64,000 nucleotides of DNA from Octopus sinensis. Taxonomy: Eukaryota. The notes beneath the pieces are model-generated. The model made no database searches, had not been told where the DNA came from, and saw only the letters and a list, made by a program, of their open reading frames with translations. The translations under genes were made by a program, and so were the position numbers. Positions 11,861 through 24,574 of the stretch are shown here, piece after piece. The stretch spans positions 90,768,001 through 90,832,000 of the forward strand of contig NC_043003.1 in assembly GCF_006345805.1 (NCBI RefSeq). The letters are read 5' to 3'. The stretch's first letter is position 1, and each line of letters begins with the position of its first letter.

Positions 11861-12030
11861 TGCAAAGATGTTCTATTCTTTTTGTAAATGGCTAAAAGGT
11901 AAAGACCCTCTTCAGTTATAAATGAGCATGGGATTGCACATATATGCAGCACTATGCGTGTGGCAAGTTTTCTACGGCCGGTTGCCCTTCCTGATGCCAA
12001 CCCCCACCTGTTGCCAAGCAAGGTAATATA

Positions 12031-12066
<36 letters not shown>

Positions 12067-12184
12067 TGTATGTATGTATGTATGTATACGTGAGTCGTCT
12101 GAGAGTTCATAAGTCAAGGAAAAGATGCTCTCGTATATCTGTCAATAGAGTGCGTTTATTATCCAAAACGTACAGTATTATTCT

Positions 12185-14170
12185 TTGTTTAATGTCCGCT
12201 TTCCATGCTAGCATGGATTGGACGATTTGACTGAGGGCTGGCGAACCAGATGGCTGCACTAGGCTCCAATCTGATCTGGCAGATATTCTACAGCTGATGC
12301 CCTTCCTAATGCCAACCACTCCAAGAGTGTAGTGAGTGCTTTTACATGCCACCCACACAAGGGCCAGTCAGGCAGTACTGGCAATGGCCGCACTCAAATG
12401 GTGTTTTTTACATGCCACCTGCACAGGAGCCAGTCATCGAATTTGATTTCGATTTCACTTGTCTCAACAGGTCTTTGCAAGCAGAGTTTAGAGTCCAATG
12501 AAGGAAAGGTATGTATAAATGGGCTGGTTACACCCCTGGCATAAGCCACGAGTTTATGGTCCCACTTGGCTTGCCAGGTCTTCCATTGGTCTTGGTCACT
12601 AGTCATTGCCTCAGTGAGGCCTAATGTTCGAAGGTCATGCTTGAACACCTCATCCCAGGTTTTCCTGGGTCTACCTCTTCCACAGGTTCCCTCAACCACT
12701 AGTGTGTGGAACTTTTTCACACAGCTATCCTCATCCATTCTCACCATATGACCATACCAGCACAGTCATCTCTCTTGCACACCACAACTGATGCTTCTTA
12801 GGCCCAACTTTTCTCTCAAGGTACATACGCTCTGTCGAGTATGCACACTGACATTACACATCCATCGGATCATACTGGCTTCATTCCTTGTGAACTTATG
12901 CATGTCCTCAGCAGTCACAGCCCATGTTTCACTGCCATGTAGCATGGCTGTTCGTACACATGCGTCATACAGTCTACCTTTTACTCTGAGCAAGAGGCCC
13001 TTTGCCACCAGCAGAGGTAAGAGCTCTCTAAACTTTGCCCAGGTTATTCTTATTCTAGCAGCTACACTTTCAGCACACCCTCCCCCGCTACTGACTTGGT
13101 CACATAGGTAATGGAAGCTATCAACTACTTCTAGTTTTTCTCCCTGGAATGTGGCAGAAGTTTTTCTCTGCACATTTCCAGTGTTTATTGCACCTGAGCA
13201 TCTGCCACATACAAAAACTATCTTCCCAGTTAGCCTTCCTTTGATATTGCTGCACCTCTTATGTGTCCATAGCTTACACTAGGTACATCTTATAGAGTTT
13301 CTACCTACACCTTTTCTACAGATCGAGCACGGCCATCTACCTGAAGGGATTTGTGGTTTTCCTACCTTCCTACTCATTAGGACTTTGGTTTTAGCTAGGT
13401 TGACTCTAAGGCCCTTCGATTCTAATCCTTGCTTCCACACCTGAAACTTCTCCTCGAGTTCTGATAGTGACTCAGCAACTAGAGCAAGGTTGTCAGCATA
13501 GAGGAGCTCCCAGGGGCATCCTGTCTTGAATTCCTCCGTTATTGCCTGGAGAACTATGATAAATAGGAGGGGGCTGAGGACTGAACCTTGGTGGACCCCT
13601 ACCTCTACCCAGAATTCTTCACTGTACTCATTGCCAACCCTCACCTTACTTACAGCATCTCTGTACATGGCTTGCACAGCTCTCACTAACCACTCTTCTA
13701 TCCCTAGTTTCCTCATTGACCACTAGATAAGGGAACCCTGTCAAAGGCTTTCTCCATGTCAATGAAAGCCAGGTACAGAAGTTTATCTTTGGCTAGGTAT
13801 TTCTCCTGCAGCTGTCTTACCAGGAATATGGCATCCCTGGCATGAACCCAAACTGCCTTTCATCTAAACTGACTCTCTCCCTAATTAGTTGGGCCATGAC
13901 CCTCTCCGTGATCCAACATTACCTGATCCAACAACTTGATTCCTCTGTAATTATTTGTATCTAAAGCATCACCTTTATCTTTGTAGCACTTGACTATAGT
14001 GCTGCTACACCAGTCATTGAGAATGACTCCTTCGTGTATCACCTGGTTAACTATACGGGTGACTAGGCTATAGCCAACACTGCCAGATATTTTAAGCATC
14101 TGTGCAGTGATTTCTGATGGGCCGGGGGCTTTCCCTATCTTCATACTTTTAATTGCTTTATCTACCAAGT
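12185..14170 (-). mobile_element. RTE-type LINE, 5'-truncated, with PHD-like finger in the RT
   Basis: KAPGPSEIT, NYRGIKLL, QGSVLSPLLF, LYADNL, VDSFHYL, HGSETWAV and GRGRPRKTW motifs in ORFs 13881..14168, 13279..13716, 12766..13173 and 12394..12747. Confidence 0.92.
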
Positions 14171-14209
14171 ACTGTCATTTTATTATTATTGTTGTTGTTG
14201 TTGTTGTTA

Positions 14210-14545
14210 TTAAGACACTGAGATGGCAGACACATTAGCACATGAGGCAAAATGCTTAGCATTATTTCATCTGTCACTACATTCTGAGTTCAAATTCCAC
14301 TAAGGTTGACACTGCCTTCCATCCTTTCAAGGGTCAGTGAAATAAGTACCAGTTGAGCACTGGGGTAGATGTAAACAACTAGCCCCCTTCTACCAAATTT
14401 TTGACTTTGTGCCTATAGTAGTAAGGATTATTATTATTATTATAATCTGAGTTCAAATGCCGCCAAGGTTAACTTTGCCTTTCACCCTTTCGGGGTTGAT
14501 AATTTAAGTAGCAGTTATGCACTGGGCTCGATGTAACAACTTCTG
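14210..14545 (+). mobile_element. SINE family A (one copy plus a partial copy)
   Basis: Family A consensus blocks ttcaaattcc...gttgac...catcctttc...aagtaccagttgagcactgggg. Confidence 0.75.
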
Positions 14546-14997
14546 TGTGCTATCTTGTGTGTTTGTGCATGTGTGTGTGCACGTGCTCACGTGTGTAATG
14601 TAAGTTGTGTTACTTCGTTGAGTCCAAGTCTTATATAGTATGCTGTGTAAGTTGTGTTGTTTTAGATTATTAAATGTCTGTTGCATAAGCTGTTTGTTGT
14701 GTGTAAAGATTATTATGTTTTAGCTATTCAATTGAACCATCAACTATTCTGTTAAATTGACAGTGTCTTGTGCAAGATGTGAGCTATTCCTAGCAGAGCT
14801 ATTTACTTTTGGACAGTTTTGTAGTGTTGTGAGCCCAGGTATGGTTTCAATTTTTTTTTTTTTTTGATATTTTTCTAAATCATGCCTAATGCTCCAGTTA
14901 CTAATGAAACCATTTTCCTCTTCTTGAATATTACCATGTCAAGATTCTTGTATTTTGACAGTTTCTCCATCTCCTTCCAAACAATATTCTCAGAAGA

Positions 14998-15205
14998 AGG
15001 AAGGCAGTGAGCTAACTGAATCATTAGCACACTGAGTAAAATGTTTAGTGGCATTTTCTCCATCTTTCATTCCAAGTTCAAATTCTACCAAGATCAACTT
15101 TGCTCTTCATCCTCTTGGGGTTGATAAAATGAGTACTGTTGAGTGCTGGGATTGATGTAATCAACCCCTCCCCCAAATTGCTGGCCTTGTGCCAAAATTT
15201 GAGAT
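14998..15205 (+). mobile_element. SINE family A
   Basis: ggcagtgagctaactgaatc...ttcaaattctaccaagatcaactttgc...ggccttgtgccaaaatttg. Confidence 0.75.
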
Positions 15206-15837
15206 CCATATTTTCATAAGAACTGATTACAACATCTATCTGTCTTTTATTATGTTTGGATGGCATGCTTAGATTTCTTTGTCAATTTGGATGGACATGT
15301 CTAAGATTATTGTGGCTGGGTCACTGTCAAACTGATACCACTTTTCATTTGCTTTTACATTGAAGTGTTGGTATGTTGCCCAGTGGAAGTAGCTGCCAAA
15401 ATGATTACGTCTGTGTATTTGGTAAGGACTGAGCAACCAGAAATGATGTTGCTAACTATCTCATTTTGATGGTTGTACATCTAATATTTGGTGTTGGATC
15501 CATTCTCATGATTTTATTTGTATAGTTATTTGTGGTCAAACACTGGTCTTATGCAGCAAGGACCAGTATCTTTATTTCTGCTTTTAGGCCAGAACTTTTA
15601 AGCCATTGTTGATTTTCACTCTGGCGTACTTCTCTGCCAAGCCTTGCAAGGTATTGGCCATGGGATGGCTTTTTCCTTTTCATTTCTTCTCAAGAATGTC
15701 TCGTAGTTTTATTTTCATGTTGTCTCTGTCTTTTTAACCATTTTTGTTTTCTTGTTATCTAAATTTGCTGTTTCATTGCACCCTGTTTCTGTTTGTATTT
15801 TATCACTTTCTTATGAATAGAGAAGAGTTTTTCTGTT

Positions 15838-16066
15838 GTTCTGTATTTTAGAGATGAGGAATTATGTACATTATTTACATTATTTACAATTGATGAATAT
15901 TTGTCCTCATCTTGTTTGTTGTTAACACGTTTTGGCTGATATACTCTCCAGCCTTCATCAGGTGTCTTGGGGAAATTTTGAACCTGGGTTCTCATTCCTA
16001 AGGTGTTTTTTGATGTTGTTGTTGTTACTGTTGTTGTTGTTATTATTATCATCATCATCATCATCA

Positions 16067-16153
<87 letters not shown>

Positions 16154-16228
16154 TCACTGCCTGGAATCGAACTCAGAATCTTGAGGTAAGTAGCCCACAC
16201 TCTTAACCACTACGCCATATGCTCGTGG
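15838..16228 (-). mobile_element. tRNA-headed SINE with internal (AAT)n and hammerhead-like 3' tail (family H), copy 1
   Basis: Head atggcgtagtggtt (A box) and gagttcgattcc (B box); 11-bp TSD gtttttctgtt at 15827-15837 and 16229-16239; ctgatga-stem-aaaac in the tail. Confidence 0.85.
15924..15966 (-). ncRNA. Degenerate minimal type-I hammerhead motif
   Basis: gacac CUGAUGA a ggctg..cagcc AAAAcg tgtt; G12 is mutated and 3 nt are missing versus the 25898-25943 copy. Confidence 0.45.
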
Positions 16229-16799
16229 GTTTTTCTGTTCTTTCCATGTTTCTTTAGGACATTTATGAGTCTTCCATCCTTTGGTTCTAACTATTTGTAC
16301 AGTCCAACTGTTGTTAAATTGTAGTGGTTTTCTATTGCATCATTATTATTATTATGTAATGCAGTCACTTATAACAAATGTAGGAGGAGTCAAAACAAAA
16401 CGTGACAGATTTATTACTAATCATATTGTTATTTTGAACTCAAAGTGAACTGTTTGGCATGCACTTGATTTACTTTAGTTTTCTTATCATCTGACACAAG
16501 TTTTTTATGTGGGAAGAATCATAATTGACCAAAGCTAATAAACACATCAGTTGTCTGACTATATTCCAGTTTTCTTTCAAAACATCCTCCATCCGCAACC
16601 AGAAAACAATTTCTCACAACACCAATCCAAAAACCAACCCTTTAAAAGGAAAAAATGCACACCTTTTGGGAAAACTGCAGACTAGCATAGCAAAAAATTA
16701 TTTTGTGGGGACTGTTATGAAAAATGAAAGTAAAACGAAATCTAGACAGACAACAACCGGTGCACGTGTATTTATAGACTGCATTAATTATGACTCTGT

Positions 16800-17415
16800 C
16801 CTAAGCAACTTGGCAGAATCGTTAGTGCATCAGTGAAAATGCTTAATGGTATTTCTTCTGGCTTTTTATGTTCTCAACTCAAATCCCACCAAGTTTGACT
16901 TTTCAGGATCATTAGAATTAAGTATCAATCAAGTACTGAGCTGATGTAATCAACTTGCCCCTCCCCCTAAAATTGCTGGCCTTGTATAAAAATTAAAAAC
17001 AATTAACTTGTGAACTGACAGAATCATTAGCATGTTGGAGAAAATGCTAATTAGTGTGTCTTCCAGCTTTGTTTTGATTTCAGTTTCTGCCAAGGTTGAC
17101 TTTGCCTTTCAGGTCAGTAAAATAAGTACCAGTTAAGGACTTGGATCAATGTAACCAACTTACCCACTACCATCAAATTTGCTCGCCTTGTACCAAAATT
17201 TGAAACCACTATTATTATTATTATTATTATTATTGAGATGGCATTTCCTCTGGTTATTTATGTTCTGAGCTAAAATCCTACCAAGTCAGCTTTGCTTTCC
17301 ATCCTTTCAGAGTTGATAAAATAAAGAAATAGTTATGTACTGGGTTTGACATAATCAACTGATCCTCTTCCCCTGAAATTGCTGGCCTTGTGCCAAAATT
17401 AGAAAGAATTAATTA
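16800..17415 (+). mobile_element. Three tandem SINE family A copies
   Basis: Repeated ggcagaatc.ttag...ttcaa...gtaccagtt...ggccttgt blocks. Confidence 0.75.
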
Positions 17416-17569
17416 TGATTCGTCCCAAATTTAACAATATTGGTTTCAACATTTTATTTTAGATTAAAATTCTTGTAAAACAAATTTTAAAAATGCAAAA
17501 TTGGGAAAAAGCAAAATAAAAACAAATGATTTTGTTGTGTCTGGGGAGAGTCATTTACTTACATTTTAC

Positions 17570-17746
17570 TCTTTTACTCTTTTAATTGTTTCAGTCATTT
17601 GACTGTGGCCATGCTGGAGCACCGACCCCAGGACTTATTCTTTGTAAGCCTAGTACTTATTCTATCGGTCTCTTTTGCCAAACCGCAAAGTTACAGTTGT
17701 CAAGCAATGTTGGGGGACAAATACAGATACACATATACACACACAC

Positions 17747-17795
<49 letters not shown>

Positions 17796-17960
17796 TGCGA
17801 CGGGCTTCTTTCAGTTTCCGTCTACCAAATCCACTCACAAGGCTTTGGTTGGCCTGAGGCTATAGCAGAAGACACTTGCCCAAGGTGCCACACAGTGGGA
17901 CTGAACCCAGAACCATGTGGTTTGTAAGCAAGCTATTTACCACACAACCACTCCTACGCC
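17570..17960 (-). mobile_element. SINE family B (tRNA head, CORE-like ttgggcaagt, internal TA/CA repeat)
   Basis: Near-complete copy, colinear with 51505-51900. Confidence 0.85.
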
Positions 17961-18231
17961 TTTTTTCTAAATTTTTGTTGTGAATGGCAACCTTTTTAAG
18001 AGTCGTTGAAAAAATTATGTTTCTTTTTAATTAGAATACTTCACTTTCTATGTTTTGATCATTTTCTTTCATTGACCATCACTGACCATCAGTGTCGTTT
18101 AGGCTCAGGTTAGCTCAGGTTGAACAGATTTATGATCAAATGCTTTCCAGCAATGACCATCGTCTTTTATTCAAATTGTCTATATCTGAGACTACACTAT
18201 CTGATGTGCCCTTCATTTCAAAACAACAGAG

Positions 18232-18410
18232 TAGGCGCGGGCATGGCTGTGTGGTTAGGGAGCTTGCTTCCTAGCTACATGGTTTTGGGTTCAGTCCCAC
18301 TGCGTGACACTTTGGGTAGGTGTCTTTCACTATAGCCCCGAGCTGACCGGAGCTCTGTGATTGAATTCGGTAGGTGGAAGTTACTGCCGTGTGTGTATAT
18401 GTGCGTGTAG
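18232..18410 (+). mobile_element. SINE family B, 5' part
   Basis: ggcatggctgtgtggttagg (A box) and gggttcagtccc (B box). Confidence 0.75.
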
Positions 18411-18635
18411 GTGCTTGTGCCTCTCCGAAAGAGAGAGAGGGAAAAACTACCTCGCTTGGCAACAGGTGGGGGTTGGCGTCAGGAAGGGCATCTGGCCGTA
18501 GAAAGCTTGCCACACAAGAAAAAAAAAAAAAAAAAAGTCCAACTCATGCTAGCATGGAAAACGGACGCTAAACGAGAGTAAAATTTGAAAGAAGTTTAGC
18601 TCCTATCTCTAGCAGGATCAACTGACTATATATCA

Positions 18636-18891
18636 AAGTGTTTCTCAACCATTTTTTGCCTATGGATCCTTTCGATTCCTATTTTACTCTTCCAGACATT
18701 AATACCCATTCAATGCTTTAAAAAAATCCTGTTGTATTGTTATAATTAAACATTATTAGGAAATGTATAAAAAAATCGTTAAAATATTTTGTGCATTGTT
18801 GAAGTATAACCAATTTAATGGAGATAAATTTTAACCACTAAATCTTATACAGGCCTCCAAGGGCCATGTGGACCCCAGCTAAGAACCACTG
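18636..18891. mobile_element. hAT/Charlie-like MITE
   Basis: Ends ..gtgtttctcaacc / ..aagaaccactg; internal homology to the outer element at 29089-29693. Confidence 0.6.
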
Positions 18892-18939
18892 ATAGAAATT
18901 TATAATGTGATTTATGATTCTTTGCTCCATTCTGATGTG

Positions 18940-19150
18940 TAAGTGATGCCTTGTGGTTAGGGCGTTTGGCTCTTAATCATCAAGTTATGGGTTCAATGCC
19001 TGAATTGGAGAGTACATTGGGTTTAAGCAAAGTACTTCATTTTACATTACTCCAATCAACTCAGTTGAAAGTGAGTACCAGCAGCTGTTGCTACTGGGAG
19101 TAACCTTGCAATAGACTGGTATCCTATTCAAGCAGAAGTGGTCCCATGTT
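18940..19150 (+). mobile_element. tRNA-derived SINE (family D)
   Basis: gccttgtggttagg A box and gggttcaatgcc B box; related to 52745-52870 (+), 30550-30800 (-) and 42800-43065 (-). Confidence 0.65.
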
Positions 19151-19201
19151 TGAGCACAATACAAAACTGTTTCTCAATTCAGCTATTTTTTCCCAACAAT
19201 A

Positions 19202-19420
19202 CAAGGGAGTGCTGAAAAGTTTTTGGCTTTAAAGGTATCATGAAAGGCCTAGTTGGAAACCCTAACATCCAAGTTCTTTTACAGGGATTAGAAAAAATGA
19301 AGGACTGCTGCAATAAGTGTGTGAACATGAGTGGGGAATATGTTGTATATAAATCATAATTAACTGATCCTTCTTGTATTTTCTTTTACTCAAAGCCAGG
19401 AACTTTTCAGCTCCCCTTCA
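19202..19420. mobile_element. mariner-type MITE
   Basis: TIRs ..gctgaaaagttt(c)tggcttt / aaagccaggaacttttcagc..; flanked by TA; reversed copy at 61145-61362. Confidence 0.75.
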
Positions 19421-19536
19421 TATTTCCCTGAGTGATTTTTTGATGTTAACATAGGAAGATTTCATTTGCTTTAACATATTTCTATATGACTCAAACTTTT
19501 ATCATTTATTCTATGAAATCCAATATCTGTAGATGT

Positions 19537-19576
<40 letters not shown>

Positions 19577-19799
19577 ATGTGTGAATATTGGGTAGGGTGA
19601 TGTTTGATGATGTTGATGATCATGATGGTGAAGGTGGTAGTTATGGTGGCGGTAGAAGTGGGGGTGGAGGTGGCAGTAGCGGAGGTAGTGATGACAGCAG
19701 TGGCAGTGGTGGCGGTAGTGGTGTTTGCCATGGTGGTGGTGGTAGCTGTGGTGGCGGTAGCTGTGGTGGTGGTGGTGCTGCTGTTGTTTTACCTTAGTC

Positions 19800-20110
19800 A
19801 TCTTCCTTCGGTACTTTTAACTGACAAACATAGAGCTTGTTTTTCTTCCCAAACGCTCATCATTCATTTGCATCACAGCAAACACATCAGCTGCAGGATT
19901 TGCCTTATGCTCCTTCAATGTTCCACCATGTTCTCAGCTATCTCATGGTCTGTAGGTTAACATTACATGGTCAGTGGCTTTGATTCAATGCCTTTCCTGT
20001 TTCAGAGGAATTGGTCATGCCTGACTGGTTTCTCTTCAACCTTACACAACTCTTCTTTATTCATTTCCCACATCTCATTGTCATGCATCATTACACGTCT
20101 TGCTAAAGCA
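19800..20110 (-). mobile_element. Decayed RTE-like C-terminal fragment
   Basis: Minus-strand MWEMNKEELCKVE and VMQMNDERLGR resemble the post-RT region of RTE ORFs. Confidence 0.45.
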
Positions 20111-20204
20111 TCATCTGCACATAAATATACAAATATGCATGTGTGCATATGTGTGTGTGTGGATGGCTATATGTGTATACACACACACACACATACATAC
20201 ATAG

Positions 20205-20470
20205 GCACTGGCATGGCTGTGTGGTAAGAAGTTTGCTTCCCAATCACATGGTTCTGTGTTCAATTCCACTGCATGGCAAGTATCTTCTACTATAACATTG
20301 GGTTGACAAATGCTTTGTGAGTGGATTTAGTAGAGGGAAACTAAAAGAAGCCCATCATATGTATATATACATACACACATATAGGTGTGTGTGTGTGTCT
20401 ACGTTTGCCCCTCCCCACTGCTTGACCACTACTGTTATAATGACAGCAGAAAGTTGGTGCAAATGTTTGC
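20205..20470 (+). mobile_element. SINE family B
   Basis: ggcatggctgtgtggtaagaagtttgcttcccaatcacatgg...gtgagtggatttagtagag. Confidence 0.75.
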
Positions 20471-20589
20471 TATAAACTTAACGAGCAATATACCTCAGGA
20501 TTTTCTAGAGTTCTTGGTTATGTACTTGGTTAGTTGCCTTTGCTATGGTTTAGAATCAGCCAACTCCTCCAGTACTGTTCTGACCTAAT

Positions 20590-21656
20590 CTACAGAATTC
20601 GTGTTTTTTCCATCCAAATGATTTCGAAGACTGTGGAATAAATGATAATCAGATGGGGCAATGTCCAGCAAATATGGTGGTTGGGACATCGTTTCCCATT
20701 CAAACTACTCCAGGCTTTGGAATGTCATCCTCACTGTATGTGGCTGAGCGTTATCCTGATGAAAGAAAACCTTTCATCTTAAAACCAAAGATGGTTGTTT
20801 TTCTTCTAGTGTTGACTTAAACCACTCAAGCTTCTCACACTAGATCTCCTTTGTTATCGTTTTGGTTTGGATTTAAAAGTTCAAAGTGGACTAAACCTTT
20901 CATATCCCACCAAACAGAAAACAACACCTTATGTGGGGGAAGACCTTCTTTAGCCTGGGGTGTCGGTGTTTCTCCTTTCCCTACCCAATGTCTTTGGCAC
21001 TTGACATTTTTATAGAGAACCCATTTCTCATCACCAATTACTATTCGATCCAAAAAAGGTTTATTCATGAGACATGACAGCAAAGAAGAGAACACATTCA
21101 CTCTCTGCATGCAATTAGACTCAGGAAATTTGTAAGGAACCCATTGAACCAATTTGCTGACTTTTCCAATGGCATATAGGTGTCAATAAATGGTTGAATG
21201 ACCAAATCCAAGCTTCTCTGCTAGTTGCTCAACAGTTAAGATGGGATTTTGTTCCACTAGGGTTTGCAGGGTGTCCTTGTTGAGTTCTACAGATCTTCCA
21301 GGACGAGGCTTGTATTCTAGGCTGTAGTTTCTGGAACCACCGTTGACTATGGCTTACGCTTATTGTTCAGTCACCATATACTCCATTAATATTCCTTGCA
21401 CTTTCCATTACATTGTTGTCTTTATTGAACTCATTGAGCAAAATATGTCGAATATGCTCCTTTGTCACTTCCATTATAGCTTTGAAAAAATAACTGTTAA
21501 AATCGAACTGCACTCTTCAAAACTTGCACTAAGAATAAACCCAAAGTAAAATTACCACCTGCTTTTATAGCAAGTTGATGCAGGTAGTTTATCCAGTCCC
21601 CCTCTGACTTTTAGTTCATGCAATTGAAAAAAACCACATTATTTATTGGATGACCC
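20590..21656 (-). mobile_element. Truncated mariner (DD34D) transposon, transposase pseudogene
   Basis: WVPY, IVIGDEKWVLY, VWWDMKG (20835..21152), then HQDNA and PPY..DIAPSDYHLF remnants; terminal end at 21656 followed by (TA)n. Confidence 0.88.
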
Positions 21657-21672
21657 TATATATATATATATA

Positions 21673-22233
21673 ACTACATAAATAATATTTTTATAAACAA
21701 ACCCAAAAGGCTTTGCGAGTTACGGAGAGAAAGCTACTATGGAAGGCTCATAGTATATTAACTGTACAATAACTGTATATAATATATATCATAATGATAT
21801 TTATTCTCCTATTTTAAAGCAACAATTTTTAAATATAAACAAATGACCGAAAAATGATGAACTAACCTCAGGCTGAATCGAACCCACAAATCGATGCTTT
21901 CATGGCTCCTTGTGAATCTGATTGGCCAGACACTCATCCATCAATTTCAGTCAAATTTAGTTAATATACACTTAAACTATCTTAAATTACATCCTCTGTG
22001 AATTAACTTGGGATCCCTTCCATAGTAGCTTTCTCTCCGTAACTTGCAAAGCCTTTTGGGTTTGTTTATATAAATATTATTTATGTAGTATTAAGACAGT
22101 TTAAGTATAAATTAAGTAAATTTGACTGAAATTGATGGGTGAGCATTTGGCCAATCAGATTCGCAAGGAGCCATGAAAGCATCGATTTGTGGGTTCAATT
22201 CAGCCTGAGGTTAGCTCATCATTTTTCGGTCAT
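21673..22233. repeat. Permuted inverted duplication (A-x-B then inverted B-A)
   Basis: A 21673-21746 inverts to 22016-22089; B 21843-21985 inverts to 22091-22233. Confidence 0.85.
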
Positions 22234-22839
22234 ATGAATGTATTTATATATACATATATACGTGTATGTACAACTTGTCCGACCGTCCTGTAGGCCTCTC
22301 CTTTGAAAAACATTGATTTAACCTAAATTTGAGACACCAGCAAAAGAAGGAATAAAGATAGACTTTTTTCTATTCCAAAGAAAAATGATTTTATTCACAC
22401 AAATATGCAACCGAAGAGTTTAAAGTACCAGTAATGATAAAGCTGTTGACTGGGAGAACACAAACATGGTTTAAATAGTAAGTTTGGCAGGAAAGAAACG
22501 TGCCTTTAAGCAGTACAAAAACAACAAAAAATAGAAGGTGCAGTTATGTACAGGTTGACGGAAGAAAAGCAGGACAAAAACGATATATGCAAATGGGTTA
22601 TCTGGAGGTAAATCTTGATAGAAAAGCATGATGAATTTATGAGAACATACCTGGGACAATAATAAGTTTATTCGATAAAACATGTAGGAAATCAACTCGA
22701 GGTGATTTTTCTCACGTACACATAGTATCGATTGCAACAGCTGATGAACTTGTGTGTACAAAGGCACGTTCCCACGGCTTTATCGATCGCATTCCCACAT
22801 GGAATCGATTTTTGTAATTTTTTCAAGACTTATACACGG

Positions 22840-22950
22840 CCTGATACCATCGGTATCTACATATCAAATTTGAGCACAATCGGAAGGAGGAGGCCCAAGA
22901 TCCTAGAAGACACACAGACAGACAGACAGAATGGATTTTATATAATAGAT
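22840..22950 (+). mobile_element. Possible Helitron/Helentron-like terminus
   Basis: caaatttgagcacaatcgg...gatcc...(cag a)n...ttttatataatagat resembles the ends of non-autonomous Helentron-type elements; resemblance only. Confidence 0.3.
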
Positions 22951-23694
22951 ATATATATATATACACACGTACATATATGTGTGTGTGTGTATGTATATAT
23001 ATATATATATTCACACACATGCATACACCAACATGCATTTTAAGTGTACCTTTACTAAAATAAGATCATTATCATAATATTTTGTGGAAATACTAATCCC
23101 AAAGCATCACCATTTTTTGTGTAATTTTACTATCAACACCAACTCTATTACTACCACCACTGCCACCAACATCAACACCACCATTATCACTTCCACCACC
23201 ATTATCACCTCCACCACCATTACCACCTCCACTGCTATTATGATTTCAACATAGATACTATCAAAACATCATCTCCAAGTATTCCTCAAAAATAACGCTG
23301 TCGCAAAACAGCAAATCGTAGGCGACCATCATCACTAACACCACTAATATCACTAGCAACCAAAATATCTCTTCTCTTACCCCCATTAATGTTATCACCC
23401 CCAAAATATCTGTACCACTACCTCCATTGGCTATACTGTTTTATCTTTACCTAAATATCCTACATATTTAAAAGCAATAACAATGTTGTATAATAAGTTG
23501 TAACAGCTACCACTACCAGCAATAAAACTGCATTCGCACCAACAACCACTATAACAGCAACCATAACTGCTAATATCCACATCCCTAACACTCACAAGCG
23601 TGGGAAGAAAATTTGTTTGGGGGTGTAAAAATTTTAACAAACAATGTTGTCTTTTTTCAATCTTCATATCAAGACAAACAATGATATAATAATA

Positions 23695-24137
23695 GTTTCA
23701 AATTTTGGCACAAGGCCAGTAATTTCAAGTAAGGGGTTAAGTCAATTAAAGCAACACCAGTGTTCAACTGGTACTTATTTTATCAGCCCTGGGAGGATAA
23801 AAGGCAAAGTCAACCTCGGTGGAATTTGAACTTAGAATGTAGTGACAGACGAAATGATGCTAAGCCTTTTTCCTGATGAGCTAACAATTCTGCTGGTTCA
23901 CCACCTTAAACACATATATAATCCTTTCTACTAAAGGCACATGGCCTGAAATTTGGTGGGAGGGAATTAATCAATTACATCGACCCCACTGTTTCACTGG
24001 TACTTAATTAATCGACCCCGAAATGATGAAAGATAAAATCGACCTCAGTGGAATTTGAACTCAGAATATGAAGACAGACAGAATGCTGCTAAGCATTTTT
24101 CCTGGCATGCTAACAATTCTTCCAGCTCACCACCCTA
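23695..24137 (-). mobile_element. Two tandem SINE family A copies
   Basis: Copies at about 23695-23908 and 23918-24137. Confidence 0.85.
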
Positions 24138-24574
24138 AACACAGATATAATATTAATTAATATTATGAAATTTGTGCATCAATCAAATCAGATGAACCCA
24201 ATAATGGAGAAATAATGTTTCAAATCAGTCCAAAAATGTTTCTCTGCTCATTTGTTTTAGCAATGAAGTTTTTCAGATAGGTATTCAATGTGTTTTCATT
24301 GACCTCCACCACCACCTAAATTTTAATGGGTATACTTGTACCCCTGCACCCCTAGTTCCCAAGCCTAGGCTAATGCTACTACCACCATTATGAATGTTTT
24401 TAAGTTGCAAAAATCATTGTTGTAGTTGTTGTTATTGAGTTTGTAAAAAGGTGGATGACTGACAAAAATGGTTAGGGTGAAGGGACCTACTATAAGCATG
24501 CACCTATAGATTCACGGATGTAGCATACACTCGAGTGAAATCCCTCTTCCCTTTATTATATATACAAACATTCA

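Larger units (their letters stand above)
14560..16350 (-). mobile_element. Decayed R4/Dong-type RLE element (second family), with two SINE insertions
   Basis: Minus-strand HGQYL, WLKSSGLKAE, KEMEKLSKYKNL...VTGALGMI and LLGIAHILHKTLSI* remnants. Confidence 0.75.

Noticed and set aside
16455-16620. Minus-strand 47-codon frame (FWLRMEDVLKENWNIVRQLMCLL..)
   Set aside because: No convincing acceptor or donor and no recognisable family
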